A stretch of 64,000 bases of DNA from the human T2T-CHM13v2.0 reference genome, Homo sapiens. Of the stretch, positions 41,990-56,235 are shown piece after piece. Where the stretch lies: NCBI RefSeq assembly GCF_009914755.1, contig NC_060928.1. One strand, written 5' to 3'. Each line of letters opens with the position of its first letter. The first letter of the stretch is position 1. A program made the position numbers and the translations under genes. Below the pieces are notes generated by a model. It made no database searches. It was not told where the DNA came from and worked only from the letters and a program-made list of their open reading frames with translations.

Positions 41990-42990
41990 GAACGCGTCGA
42001 AGGCGCCCGCCTCCGCCTTCTCTGCAGATCTTCAGGCCACTCCAAGGTATGCAGGAAGCTCCTGTTTCTGCAGCCGCAAGGTTTCAGCACCCGGAGGTTT
42101 CAGCAAGCGCCAGTTCACGGGTGAAGGATTTTCCTGGGGGTCTTACCTGAGCGGAGGCGCTGGGGAGGGGGGGCGTTCTTCCAACGAACGGTGGCTCGGA
42201 CCGCACGCTGCGCCAAGCTAGGGCGAGATCCCCACCCTGCGCCGCGCCCCTCTGCCTCGCAACCACACACGGCCCCAGCCGGGAGGCGCCGCAGCCCCGG
42301 AACCCACCTCCGCGCTGCTGGAAGGATGGATGCGGAGGAGGCGGGAGAGAGGCGGCGGCTCCGGAACGAGCTGCTCCCACAGCCCCTCCGCTCCTCGCCG
42401 TCTCGCCTTCGTCCCCAGCTTACCCAGTTCTGCGCGTTATTGCTCAGCTTGACTTTCTTGCACAAGCTCCCGGGGATCTCCATGACCGCGGAGCGCGCTG
42501 AGCAGCCGGGGTTCTCTGCGCCGGGAGGGTAGCAAGAGGAGGGCAGGCCAGCGAGCGGGGCGGGGCTGGAGGGCGGGGCCTCCTGGCGTCGGAGCGGGCG
42601 CGCGCTGACTTGCGCACGCGCCCGTGCTCGTGGCCTGGGTTGCGCGGCGCATGCGGCGCGCCTCGGAAATGGGTCCGGGGCAGAGGTCTGTGGGGAAGGG
42701 CGAAACGCCGGGATAGAACCGGAGGTAGAAGCTGGGGGCGGAGCTTCAACGCTCGCGCCGGCGCGGGCGCGCACGGCGCTCCTCCTTCCAGATCCCGATG
42801 AAGGGGCGGGGCCTGGAATGCAGTCGTGGAACCTCAGGTGCCTCTGCGGCACCGAGCCTAGCTCTGAGCTAACGCAGATCTCTAAGAGCGAGTACCAGCC
42901 GCCGGGAGAAAGGCAAGGGGAGTGCGCGGCTCGCCGCGCGCGGCACTCCCTCAGCAGAGGCTGATTGGGAGGACGCTGACGCGGCCTCCT
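41990..42990 (-). promoter_or_regulatory. PAPSS1: CpG island / TATA-less PAPSS1 promoter and 5' UTR
   Basis: Very high GC and CpG density around exon 1; GC boxes GGGGCGGGG (42557-42579, 42802-42813); NRF1-like TGCGCACGCGC (42611-42621) and GCGCATGCG (42647-42655); CCAAT on minus strand (42964-42968). Confidence 0.9.
42424..42483 (-). CDS. PAPSS1: PAPSS1 coding exon 1 (codons 1-20, MEIPGSLCKKVKLSNNAQNW)
   Basis: ATG at 42483 in strong Kozak context (GCGGTC ATG G); 60 nt then donor TGG|GTAAGC; peptide matches the human PAPSS1 N-terminus incl. KKVK motif. Confidence 0.98.
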
Positions 42991-43138
42991 GCACCTCTGG
43001 CTACTCCTCCACAGACCTGGCTGCCGACCTCCTGTCTGCCCCTTCTGTGCCCATGTCACCCTGGCCAAATGTTTTAAATGTTTTACAGCTTTGCAAAGGG
43101 AAGAATTGATTTACCGAACAGCTCATTCTCCACATTAA

Positions 43139-43453
<315 letters not shown>

Positions 43454-43929
43454 TCAAGACACAGTTTTTAAAAAGATATAATAAAAGCCCGATTTCTTGA
43501 CATCAATAATTAATATCTCAACCTGGATTAGTGATTACTTATAAGGTGCCTCCCTCTCCGCTAGGAGACCCCACTTCGCATCAGATTTCTGTGCAGTGCT
43601 TCTTACCGACCTACACCGGAAAGGGGCTTCTGTATTATTAAGAGCTACTCAGGAAATACCTAGAGGACTGAAATCCAGGACCGGGGAGGCCGCAGGTAAC
43701 CCCGAATAGAACTCCCGCCTACGGAGGACATTTTCAAATTCACCTAATTATTCCAGGGCTAGTTCGTAGGAGGATGGGCTGGGGGCATGACAGAGTTTCC
43801 TCCAGGAGTTATCTTCCCCACACCCCCCATAACTCTGAGTTCTCTTTTCCGCAGCTTGCCCCTGGCACCAAAAGAGTTGCTTGCAGCTCTGCCCCCCTGT
43901 GACACAGCCGCCCTCCGCCCCTGACCCCG

Positions 43930-44088
43930 CCCATCACCAAGACCTGAGACTGCTGCCTGTTAGTGACTAGCAAATTAGCCCCCATCACCAAGACCTGAGG
44001 CTGCTGCTGCTGCCTGTTAGTGACTAGCAAATCAGCCCCCATCACCAAGACCTGAGGCTGCTGCCTGTTAGTGACTAGCAAATCAGCC
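43930..44088. repeat. Minisatellite, 3 copies of 51/57/51 bp
   Basis: cccatcaccaagacctgagRctgctg(ctgctg)cctgttagtgactagcaaatYagcc x3. Confidence 0.95.
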
Positions 44089-45092
44089 CTCCATCTATTT
44101 ACCCCACTGCTACTGTCTTAAATTAGGCCTCCCCTATATCCAGCCTGAGTTATCATTAAGCCCGTTCACTGGACATCCTCCCAGCTGTGCAGCCGCTCTC
44201 CACATCCCCGCCACACACCCCATTCTTGCACCTGCTGTCAGAGCGGTATTTCTGAAACAGAAATCTGATCTTGTTACTTGACTACTTAAAATGTGAATGG
44301 TTCCCTTCAGCTTTTTTTCTAGGGAATTTTCAATCTGGGGTTCATACATAGAACTGAATTTCAATATAATTTCAAATTCTGCCAATAACAGGAATGAGCT
44401 TGGAAGAAGATCTCAAGCTTCATATGAGAAAATAGGGCCACATCTGAAGTTAGCCATTGCTCTGAGTTCTGGTTCTTATTAGAGGGAAATGGTATTTAGA
44501 TATAACGATCTGGCTCTAGGAGTGCTCACTGCTGTGAGTTTGACCTTATTTCTAGTAAAAGACTTTTTTTAAGGTAAAATATATCATAAGTTTACATTGA
44601 TACTGTCCATCCAAATTCATGATTCCAGATATGGGTCATGCAAATGAGCCAGAAACATCAAACAGGAAACATAACAAAAAACTGTCAAAAGCTACTCGGA
44701 TTATGTCAAAAGGACTCAGAAACCAATTTAAAGAAATTTTTCCATGTCAAAGATGGGAGAATTAAAGCACTAAATGGACTAGAACTACAAAATATTAAAA
44801 CATATCAAATATGTTTAAATCTAGGTGTTTGTAATGATGATGATTTTAAAAAAAATTATTGTCACTCTTAGAGAATGCTAGGAAACCAACTCATTATTTT
44901 GAAAACTGGTAAATAAAGGGGATGAATTAAGCATTTACTCTGCTTTCCCTGGACTGTCTGGGACCCAAAAAATTGATAAAGAGAAGTTTCTCTTTACAGA
45001 AGTACCACTAATAAATAAAGAAGAAATGATATCATTTTAATATCACCACTTTTCATTTTCTACTGAAATAATGGATAAAGACAATGATCCTC

Positions 45093-45518
45093 TGTATTAG
45101 TCAGGGTTCCCTTAGAGGGACAGAACTAATAGGATATATACATATGAATGGGAGTTTATTAAGTATTAACTTACACAATCACAAGGTCCTACAATAGGCT
45201 GCCTGCAAGCTGAGGAGCAAGGAGAGCCAGTCTAAGTCCCAAAACTGAACAACTTGGAGTCCGATGTTCAAGGGCAGGAAGCATCCAGCACAAGAGAAAG
45301 ATGTAGGCTGGGAGGCTAGGCCTATCTTGCCTCTTCACGTTTTTCTGCCTGCTTTATATTCCCTGTTAGCGGTTTAGGTGGTGCCAACTCAATTAAGGGT
45401 GGATCTGCCTTCCCCAGCCCACTGACTCAAATGTTAATCTCCTTGGGTAACAACCTGACAATGATCAATATTGCATCTTTCAATCCAATCAAGTTGACCC
45501 TCAGTATTAACCATCACA
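45093..45518 (-). mobile_element. HERV-L 3' LTR (MLT2A1)
   Basis: Minus strand tgtgatggttaatactgag...ccctgactaataca; preceded by PPT aggggtggact. Confidence 0.9.
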
Positions 45519-48500
45519 AGTCCACCCCTTGACAACTTGAACCCATACACACCTCCTGAGATCATTCATAATCTTCAAATAAGACAATAATAAGGTCATA
45601 ATTATGTCTAACATAACTGAACTGTCCTTTGTACAACTGGAAATGCAGTCCCCAACTCACATACTATTACATAAAGTTAACAATACTTAAATGCTGATAT
45701 GAAGTCAGTGAATCTCATATCACATGATAAAGGAAAAGGAAATAAAATGAAGATATTTTCTTAGTACAAGTGTATGCATGCACAAACATGTTTTTAACAA
45801 AAGAAGGAGGAAATTCTCATGACAATTACAGTCCTCGTTTCTGCAGCTGGTCATGTGCTCATAGCTGGTATTGATGACTACCTTTTTCTACTACCCATTC
45901 TGTATTCCCTTTGCCTTCAGCAAGTACCTGAACAGGTGGTGGTTTTTTTTTCCTGGTGGAGTGACCCAAACCTTCATTCCTGAAGGGTCTGGGCCATTTG
46001 TAGTCCTGCCTGGATTGGGCTGTTGTAGTTTCCCATTGACCTTAATCACAGGGTAATACTAAGAGACGAACTAATGGATCTCCTGTGTTCCATGTGTACT
46101 CTTTCTTACCTCCACTGTGGAGTAGTAGACTGATTGATTTCATCTTGATAGTCTGGGTCAGTCACCCCAGCTAACATTGTAACTCCCTTCTTAGTCTGTT
46201 AACTTAGAGGTAGGAGGAGCCCAAAGTGTCCAGGTGGCAATCTTAACTTATAGTTTAATGGAATTGTTTTGTCTCCTGGTGGCAGCGTTTCTCCCTCTGG
46301 AACTAAGACCTCTAGACCAGCAGAATGTAATGCCATAGAAACAGGAAGCAAAAATGTTGCTAGTGGATCACTAGGGGTGATGGTGAGTGGTGCCACTTCC
46401 ACTTCCACCCCTTGATTCCTGGACCCGTGATTCCTGGCTACGGGAGAAACAGTACCATATATTGGATGCTGATTCAGAGCCTACACGGTCTTCTGGAAAT
46501 CTTTGCCCCAGCCCTGCAAACTATTGTCACCTAGTCGGCATTGTAGTTGTGATTTCAAAAGGTCGTTCCACTGTTCTGTCAACCCGGCTGCTTCAGGATG
46601 ATGGGGAACATGGTAAGACCAGTGAATTCCATGAGCATGAACCCACTGCCACACTTCTTTAGTGGTAAAGTGAATGCCTTGGTCAGAGGCAAAGCTGTGT
46701 GGAATACCATAATGGTGGATAAGGCATTCCGTGAGTCCACGGATGGTAGTCTTGGCAGAAACATTGCATGCAGGATAGGCAAACCCATATCCAGAGTAAA
46801 TGTCTATTCCAGTGAGGACAAACCTCTGCCCTTTCCATGATGCAAGAGGTCCAATATAATCAACCTGCCACCAGGTAGCTGGCTGATCTCCTGAGGAATG
46901 GTGTCATATTGCGGGCTCAGTGTTGGTCTCTGCTGCTGGCAAATTGGGCACTCATTGGTGGCCATAGCCAGGTCAGCCTTCATGAGTGGAAGTCCATGTT
47001 GCTGATCCCATGCATAACCTCCATCCCTGCCATCATGGCCACTTTGTTCATGGGCCCATTGGGCAATGACAGGGGTGGCTGGGGAAAGAGGCTGAGTGCT
47101 GTTAACAGAATGGTTCATCCTATCCCCTTGATTATTAAAATCCTCCTCCACTGAGGTCACCCGTTGGTGAGCACTCACATGGGATATAAGTATCTTCACA
47201 GTTTTTGACCACTCAGAGAGGTCCATCCACATACCTCTTCCCCAAATGTCTTTGTCACCAATTTTCCAATCATGCTTCTTACAAGTCCCTGGCCATTAAG
47301 CCAAACCAGTGGCTACAGCCCATGAATCAGTGTATTATTGCACATCTGGCCATTTCTCCTTCCATGCAAAGTGCACAGCCAGGTGCGCTGCTCGAAGTTC
47401 CGCCCATTGGGAAGATTTCCCTTCATTGCTGTCCTTCAGGGATGTCCTAGGAAGGGGCTGTAGTGCTGCAGCTGTCCACTTTCGGGTGGTGCCTACATAT
47501 CATGTAGAACCATCTATGAACCAGGCCCTGATTTTCTCTTCCTCTGTCAACTGATCATAGGGAACGCCCCATGAGGCCATCAGTGCAGGCTGGGGGACAG
47601 AAGGCAGGGTGGCAGGAATGGGGACCATGGGCATTTGAGCCACTTCCTCATGTAACTTACTTGCGCCTTCAGGACCTGCTCAAGCCCTATGACAAATATA
47701 CCACTTCCATTTGCTGATGGAATGCTGCTGTGCATGACTCACTTTATGGCCAGATGGGTCAGAAAGCACACAGTTCATGATAGGCAGTTGAGGTCACATA
47801 ATGACTTGATGACCCATAGTCAAACATTCAGTTTCCACCAAAGCCCAGTAACAGGCCACAAGCTGTCTCTCAAAAGGAGAGTAGTTATCTGGAGAATATG
47901 TCAGGGCTTTGCTCCACAATCCTAGAGGCCTCCACTGTGATTCACCTATGAGACCTACCAATGGCCCCAAACAGCCTCTGTATCTGCCACTGCTATCTCA
48001 AGCACCATTGGACCTGCTGGGTCATATGGCCCAAGTGGCAGAGCAGCTTGCATAGCAGCCTGGACCTGTTGCAGAGCCTTCTCCTGTTCTGGACGCCACT
48101 GAAAACTGGCAGCCTTTCGGGTCACTTGATAAATGGGACAGAGTAACACACCCAAATAAGGAATGTATTTCCTCCGAAATCCAAATAGGCCCGTTAGGTG
48201 TTGTGCCTCTTTCTTGGTAGTAGGAGGGGCCAAATGCAGCAACTTATCCTTCACCTTAGAAGGAACATCTCGACAGTCCCCACACCACTGGACCCCTAGA
48301 AATTTTACTGAGGTAGAAGATCCCTGAATTTTAGTTGGATTTATTTCCCATCCTGTGGCACACAAATGTCTCACCAATAAGTCCAGTGTGTTTGTTACTT
48401 CTTGCTCACTTGATCCATTCAGCATAATGTCATCAATGTAATGGACCAGTGTGATATCTTGCAGAAGCAAAAAGCAATCAAGATCTCTCCAAATAAAATT

Positions 48501-49158
48501 ATGACACTAAGCCGGAGAGTTGATATTCCCCTGAGGTAGAAGAGTAAAGGTATATTTCTGGCCTTGCCAGCTGAAGGCAAGTTGCTTCTGGTGAGCCTTA
48601 TAGACAGGAATGGAGAAAAAGGCATTTGCCAAGTCAATGACTTGGTACCAGGAGATGTGTTAATTTGCTCAAGCAATGAAACTACATCTGGTACAGCAGC
48701 TGCAATTGGAGTCACCACTTGGTTAAGCTTACAGTAATCCACTGTCATTCTCCAAGATCCATCTGTCTTCTGCACAGGCCAAATGGGAGAGTTAAATGGG
48801 GATGCAGTGGTAATCACCACCCCTGCATTTTTCAAGTCCTTGATGTTGGCACTAATCTCTGCAATCCCTCCAGGGATGCAATATTGTTTCTGATTTACTA
48901 TTTTTTGATTTACTTTTTGTTTGATTTACTATTTTTCTAGGTAGAGGCCGCTCAAATGGCTTCCATTTGGCCTTTCCTACCATAGTAGCCCTCACCCTTC
49001 CAGGCAGGGAGCCAATGTGGGTGTTCTGCCAGCTGCTAAGGATGTCTATGCCAATTATGCATTCTGTCATGGGGAAATGACCACAAGATGAGTCCAGGGA
49101 CCCACTGGACCCACTATAAGTTGGACCTGAGCTAAAACTCCATGAATTACTAACCTCC

Positions 49159-49834
49159 TGCTCTTTACAGGAAACACACGAGGGGAAAAGAAAAGGCACA
49201 CACAATACTTTTAAGTGTAAACAGACTTTATCCCAAGTATATGGCAATACACATATAAGAAACAAATCACAGTGGGAAAGGGAGAGGGTATATATATATA
49301 CATATATATATATACATATATATATATACAATATATGTATATACATATATATATACACATATATATACACATATATATGACTGTGTATATATATATAAAA
49401 CTGTGTGTATATATATGTGTGTATATATATACACACACACACATACACACTCACCAAACTATGGCGGAATCATCACCAAACTGGGAAGCAACAGCCTAGG
49501 CTCCAGAGTTGGCCACCCATCTGTGCACAGACGAGGAGGAGTCTTGTGGAGCTTCAGTGTGGTCTGGGACCCTAGCTTGTTTATAACGAGTTGTTTGGCA
49601 TGAGTCCCAGTCACGAGGGCCCTTTGTGCCTGGCTTCAAGGAACACAAAAAGGTCAACTTGTTTTTGCGATTGTCTGTTGTTTTTCAATAACTAACATAC
49701 AGGAACAGATTTCTGCGAAACAATGCTGGATGAACGCCTCAAGGGGTTCATGCAACCTGTTACGGGACTTGGTGACTGTTGTTTCTGTCTATGTTCAATT
49801 GAGTTCAGATTTAATGTTTAACTTTTCCTCCACA
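49159..49834 (-). mobile_element. LTR10-type (LTR10C-like) ERV1 solo LTR nested in HERV-L protease region
   Basis: Minus strand tgtggaggaaaagttaaacattaaatctgaactcaattgaac...gagca; 5-bp TSD cctcc (49154-49158, 49835-49839). Confidence 0.78.
49289..49450. repeat. Compound (TA)n/(CA)n microsatellite inside the LTR10-type element
   Basis: About 160 bp of tatata/cacaca. Confidence 0.95.
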
Positions 49835-50913
49835 CCTCCATAAGCCCCTACTTTAACTGGAGGACCACAATGACATTTGGGTCCCCTGGAATCAATGTCA
49901 GCTCAGAGCCAGTGTTCGGTAGTCCCCAAAATATCTGATCATTTCCCTTTCCCCAATGCACAATTACCCTGGTAAAAGGCCAGAGGTCTTTTTGGGGAAG
50001 GATGGGAGAAAAGATTCATTGCATACATTGTCAGTAATGTAGTGGGGTCCTTGCTCAAGGGAACTGGGCCTCCCCTTCATTCAAGGGGTTCTGGGTCTGT
50101 AAACCAGCTCAAGTCTGGAAATTGATTGAGGGGCATGAGCCTCTGTTTTTATAATTCAAATTAGTCTTTTGTCCATTCGACCTAGAAGTTTTCTGTTTGT
50201 ATAATTTAAGTAAGAATGCAATAGGCTTTCTATCAATTTCACTTCTAGGAACACCATGATTAATTAGCCAATGCCAGAGCTCTAAACGTGTCAGACAAAT
50301 TCTGATTGCCACTTTGTCTCTGTTGTCCATTTTGTTAGCTATGCCCACCTTACCTTTGACAGATGAGTGCCACCACTTGGCCCCTGCCACCTCGGTATCC
50401 AATTATTTCCATTGTGTTTAAATTTTGTAATTGAGTGACTGTGGTCCCACTGTTAGATCTGACATACAGAGAAGAGCAATTACAGGGCTCTTCAAAAATG
50501 CAGGCGCTGCCCTCACAAATCTATTTCACAAGGCATTGGTCAAGAATATATCTTCTGGATCCTTCCAGCTGGGATGAGTAGGTCTAAAGTGACTAGTCCA
50601 TTCCACCATCCCAATCTCCCTAAGCCTTTGGGTCCCTTCCTCTACATTAAACCAAGGGAGATCAGGCATTTCCAGCTCACTCACAGTGGGCCATCTTTTA
50701 ATCCATATTTCAGTTAACCAAGCAAATAAACTATTAGAACCTTTTTTAACTCCCTGAACTGCAACTTTAAATGCAGAATCCCTACTTAGTGCACCCAAAT
50801 CAATACATTCAGTCTGATCCAACTCTATGTTCCTTCCACCATTATCCCACACCCTTAATATCCATTCCCATGCTTGTTCTCCAGATTGCTATTTATATAA
50901 ATTAGAGAACTCA

Positions 50914-52230
<1,317 letters not shown>

Positions 52231-53186
52231 AAATTAGAGAACTCAAACAGTTATTTTCCAGTGTAGCGCACCTCCCCATCGGTCACACTTTCAACCTCAC
52301 CTCTAGGGGTCCGCTGGGACTTCAGTCTATTTACAGATCTAGAGGCAAACAGAGGTGTTGGGGGTGGCTTCTGAGAAAAACCATCATTATCTTGACTGGC
52401 AACTGCCTCAGGGGAAGCCATCGCTGTTGCCTCAGGCAGTGCAGGATTTATCTCCTCAGACAAAGGTGAAAAGGCTGATGGCAGCATGGGTCAGGGAGGG
52501 GATGTTGCCACTACTGGAGATGGGGAAGCTGTTTCTTCTGGCAAAAAAGGTTCATCAGAGTTTACAAACTCAGTGTCCCAGCTTCATCAGGCCCCCCCCC
52601 CCACCCGCCCCAACACACATCCCCATTCCAAGTTGCAGGGTTCCATTCTTTTCCAATCAATGCCCTCACTTTAACAGTAGGCACCTGGCGAAGCTCTGCA
52701 TGCATCTTTCATTGCAGGTCAGCCACTCGCATGATAAGAGTTTGTGTCTGTTTTTCCACAATTATAGCAGTTTCTCTGCAGGAGATAAGAATCTCACTTA
52801 GGGCAATCTTAGCAGACTTGAGGCTCAGTATCTTCTTCTGAAGCTGGGAGACAAAATCCCTGAGTGTATCATTTTGTTTTATCACTTTGTCCACTGGACT
52901 TAGGAGCAACCAACTAGCTTCATTATGCTCCTTGGTTCTCCACATATGGTCAAGGGTATTCTGTATAGTCACTAAACTCCTTGCCTCTCACGAGCGGTGA
53001 ATCAGGAGTGTCAAATGTATTTATTTGGCGTAACTCTCTAAACAGTTTCTGCCAAGGACTATCGGTGTTCTCCATATTATTAGAAGTAGAGTCCTTAGCA
53101 TTTTTTGGTCTAATCATATTAAGAAGACAACTCCAGAAACCCCAAAACCAATGAAAGAACTCCATCCTTAATATTCTATTCCTCTA

Positions 53187-53204
53187 GAACCACTCCTGGT
53201 ACCA
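53187..53204 (-). other. Primer binding site, tRNA-Leu type
   Basis: Minus strand TGGTACCAGGAGTGGTTC just inside the 5' LTR, complementary to tRNA-Leu(TAA) 3' end CACTCCTGGTACCA. Confidence 0.8.
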
Positions 53205-53209
53205 AAATC

Positions 53210-53699
53210 TGTATTAGTCAGGGTTCTCTTAGAGGGACAGAATTAATAGGAGATATATATACATATATTTTTTTTACTTAAACTCATAGATATATAGATA
53301 TATATATAAATGAGTTATTAAGTATTAACTTACACAATCACAAGGTCCCACAATCACAAGGTCCTCAGCTGTCTGCAAGCTGAGGAACAAGGAGAGCCAG
53401 TCTGAGTCCCAAAACTGAACAACTTGGAGTCTGATATTCAAGACCAGGAAGCATCCAGCATGGGAGAAAGATGTAGGCTGGGAGGCTAGGCCCATCTTGC
53501 CTCTTCACGTTTTTCTGCCTGCTTTATATTCACTGGCAGCTGACTAGATGGTGCCCACTCGATTAAGGGTAGATCTGCCTTCCCCCCAGCCTACTGACTC
53601 AAATGTTAATCTCCTTGGGCAACAACCTTATAGACACACCCATGATCAATATTGCATCCTTCAATGCAATCACATTGACTCTCAGTATTAACCGTCACA
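53210..53699 (-). mobile_element. HERV-L 5' LTR (MLT2A1)
   Basis: Homologous to 45093-45518, with a longer TA tract and a 16-bp duplication acaatcacaaggtcc. Confidence 0.9.
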
Positions 53700-54170
53700 T
53701 CCTCAATGGCTGCAAATATCATGAAAATAAAGAACACCATAACTTTTTGCCTCCTGATGAAAATCATGAAAAAGTCAAATCAAATCTGGTTCTAATCAAG
53801 TCTTCAGGACAATTTATAGGTTTGCAGTTAATGCAGAGGAAAGAGGAAGAGGTGAAAACACCACAAATGCAATTAGTCAAACACAAACTCTGGAAAACTA
53901 CAACATTAATGACCTGAGTTTTCAGTAATTCAAAGATAGGAAAAAATAAATGAGGAAAAACTAAAGAATAAAATAAGATATAAAATAAAAATGGAGCAAT
54001 TAAAATATTTGAAACATATTTGAACACTGATCCAAACAAAAGAAATTTTTTAAAAATTTATGAGACTATATGGGAAATTTGAAGAGTTTCTGAACTCGAT
54101 ATAAAAGACTTACTTTTTTGGTGTGATAAATAGCAGTGTTATTATATTTTTTAAATAAGTCAGTTAAGAG

Positions 54171-54513
54171 TATATTAGTCCATTTTCCCACTGCTAGAAA
54201 GAAATACCCAAGACTGGGTAATTTATAAAGGAAAGAGGTTTAATTGACTCACAGTTTCACATGGCTGGGGAGGCCTCAGGAAAGTTACAATCATGATGGA
54301 AGGGGAAGCAAGCACATCTTACATGGAGGTAGAAGAGCAAACAACAGGAAAAACTGCCACTTATAAAACCACCAGATCTTGTCAGAACTCACTCGCTATC
54401 ATGAGAACAGCATGGGGAAAACTACTACCATGATCCAATCACCTCCTTCCCTCCACGTCAAGATTACAATTCAAGATGAGATTTGGGTAGGGACACAGAG
54501 CCAAAACATATTA
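54171..54513 (-). mobile_element. MSTA/MSTB MaLR LTR
   Basis: gactgggtaatttataaaggaaagaggtttaattgactcacag...gattacaattcaagatgagatttgggt. Confidence 0.85.
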
Positions 54514-55129
54514 GTGAGATATATGCTGAAAGATTTATCAGTGAAATGGCAAAGCCATAAATATTCAGGAACCAAAATTGGTTTCCTGAATATGGTAGCA
54601 GGAATGGGGGAAAATGGTTGATACATCTTTCAGAATGCAGAGCAAAAATCCCAAGAGATGGGAAATACAGCATAATTTTTTAGAAAAGAAAGAAAAGAAC
54701 AGTCCAGGAAATCTAACATCCAAGTATTAGAAGTTCTACGAAGAAAAAAAAAAAAAAACAGAGAAAACGCACAGAAGGAAATAACCATGGCAATTATTTA
54801 ATGAAATTTCCTAGAACTGAAATGCCTCCCTGAATGCCTAACTCAACAGATAAAATCAAGCACGGAAAAAGCATAAAGCATAGCACCATGAAGTTTCAGA
54901 ATACTGTTATACAATAGTTCGAAATTGTTTGGAAACCCTGCAAGCCTCTAAAGAGAAGAAGAGTTCATGAACAAAGAGTCAGGAATAAAAATGAATTAGA
55001 AGTTGTCAAGAAAAAGACTGCAAGTTAGAAGACAAATGGACCAATACCTTCAGAGCTCTGAAAGTATTTTCAGTTAGAAATTGGAATTGCTATATACGCT
55101 TTCTCAAGGAAATACTGGAGGATATGTTC

Positions 55130-55794
55130 TGTGGCAGGCCAATTCTCCCTGACAATCACACAGACAAGCCTGCATAGCACTTCAGTTACACAGACTAATT
55201 TCCACAGAGCTGCCTTAACATTGAGCAAATAGTTAAGCCTAGGGAAATCAGTGCCCAGACATCAGAGATAGAAGTGAAACATATGGTCAGTAGGAGCCTT
55301 CCATGGTCTTCTCCCTAACCTGGAGCAAACCAAAATAATAGAGACAGTCTTACATTCCCAGTGCCAGGACCCATATCTGAGACAAGTCAAGGTAACAGAG
55401 GCAGCTGTTTGAATAGATTCATTGGAGAGTCTAAGGCAGCTCTCCAGACAAGCTGTAAAGGACATAAGATAGAAATAATCACTCTGGTACCACAGTAGGC
55501 AGGCCTTGAAGGTACTGGGGCCCTTTTAATCAGACTTTTGCCTCTGACCTTCTAGTTGAAACAAAATTAGTTACCAATAGACTTAGGCAAATGCTATACT
55601 GCATGTAGGCACATAACTCCAACCTATATAAGCACCAAGAAAGTTGTAACACTTTGAATTGGTCTGGTGGAATTATCTCCAGCCTTCTCTCTGTATCCAG
55701 TTACAGCAATAAATTCCCTTCTTTCCAAGTTTGTCTGCTTCTCATTATTGGGCCTCGAGAAAACACAGCCAGATCCAGCTTGGTTCCAGGAACA
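55130..55794 (+). mobile_element. PABL_B 5' LTR
   Basis: tgtggcaggccaattctccctgacaatc...ttggttccaggaaca, TATATAA and AATAAA. Confidence 0.88.
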
Positions 55795-55801
55795 AAAATT
55801 T

Positions 55802-55819
55802 TGCCGAGCCAGCCAGGAG
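55802..55819 (+). other. Primer binding site, tRNA-Arg type
   Basis: tgccgagccagccaggag is a 17/18 match to TGGCGAGCCAGCCAGGAG, complement of the tRNA-Arg(ACG) 3' end. Confidence 0.85.
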
Positions 55820-56235
55820 GCCGCCAGGATGGTGGCTGCCTTTGATGCTGGCAGTTTGCAATGAGACAGTCGTGAGGAAACTCCCAGCAGCTGCTGGGTA
55901 AGATTGTCCTGGGGACTCTACTGAGGGCTGTCCCTTGGACAAAACCACACATCCTTTTCATCACCTGGGAAAGAACGGAAGTTTGGCAGAAGCAGATGTG
56001 CTCAAAGAGTGAGGAAAACCAGACCATATATTATTTCCTTATCTGGGCTATTAAGCCTTTTGTTCAGTACCATTAGGAAGATAATAGGTCTTTTTTGTAC
56101 TCCCGTTTGCTGTTTGGTTTGCAGGCCTTTTTCACCTAGGTGCACTTCCTTCTGTGTCTATCTGACACTATCTCTCTGTCCGTGTCTATCTGAAACTATC
56201 TCTGTGTCTGTACCTATAGCCTTGCTGAATTTAAG

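Larger units (their letters stand above)
45870..49960 (-). pseudogene. HERV-L pro-pol-dUTPase remnants (frameshifted)
   Basis: SPFNSPIWPVQKTDGSWRMTVDY (RT N-term), HYIDD (RT active site, 47955..48470), SHVSAHQ/WAHEQSGH..CPICQQ (RNase H, IN zinc finger), LRLPPGHFGLL (dUTPase-like, 46199..46408). Confidence 0.9.

Noticed and set aside
42115-43068. 317-aa ORF in frame with PAPSS1 exon 1 (N-terminal extension)
   Set aside because: Starts at TTG with no upstream in-frame ATG, reads through the splice donor, and lack of stops is expected in a CpG island; the in-frame CTG at 42546 lies at or beyond the likely start site
43930-44088. Repeat array as CRISPR-like, and its tgactagca motif as an antioxidant response element
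   Set aside because: Head-to-tail units with no unique spacers, human context, no cas genes; the motif is one base short of TGACnnnGC
48852-49603. Tyr/Ile-rich ORFs up to 201 aa
   Set aside because: Translation artefacts of the TA/CA microsatellite joined to HERV-L protease remnants
53187-55819. tRNA-like sequences at 53187-53204 and 55802-55819
   Set aside because: Only 14-18 nt retroviral primer binding sites, not tRNA genes
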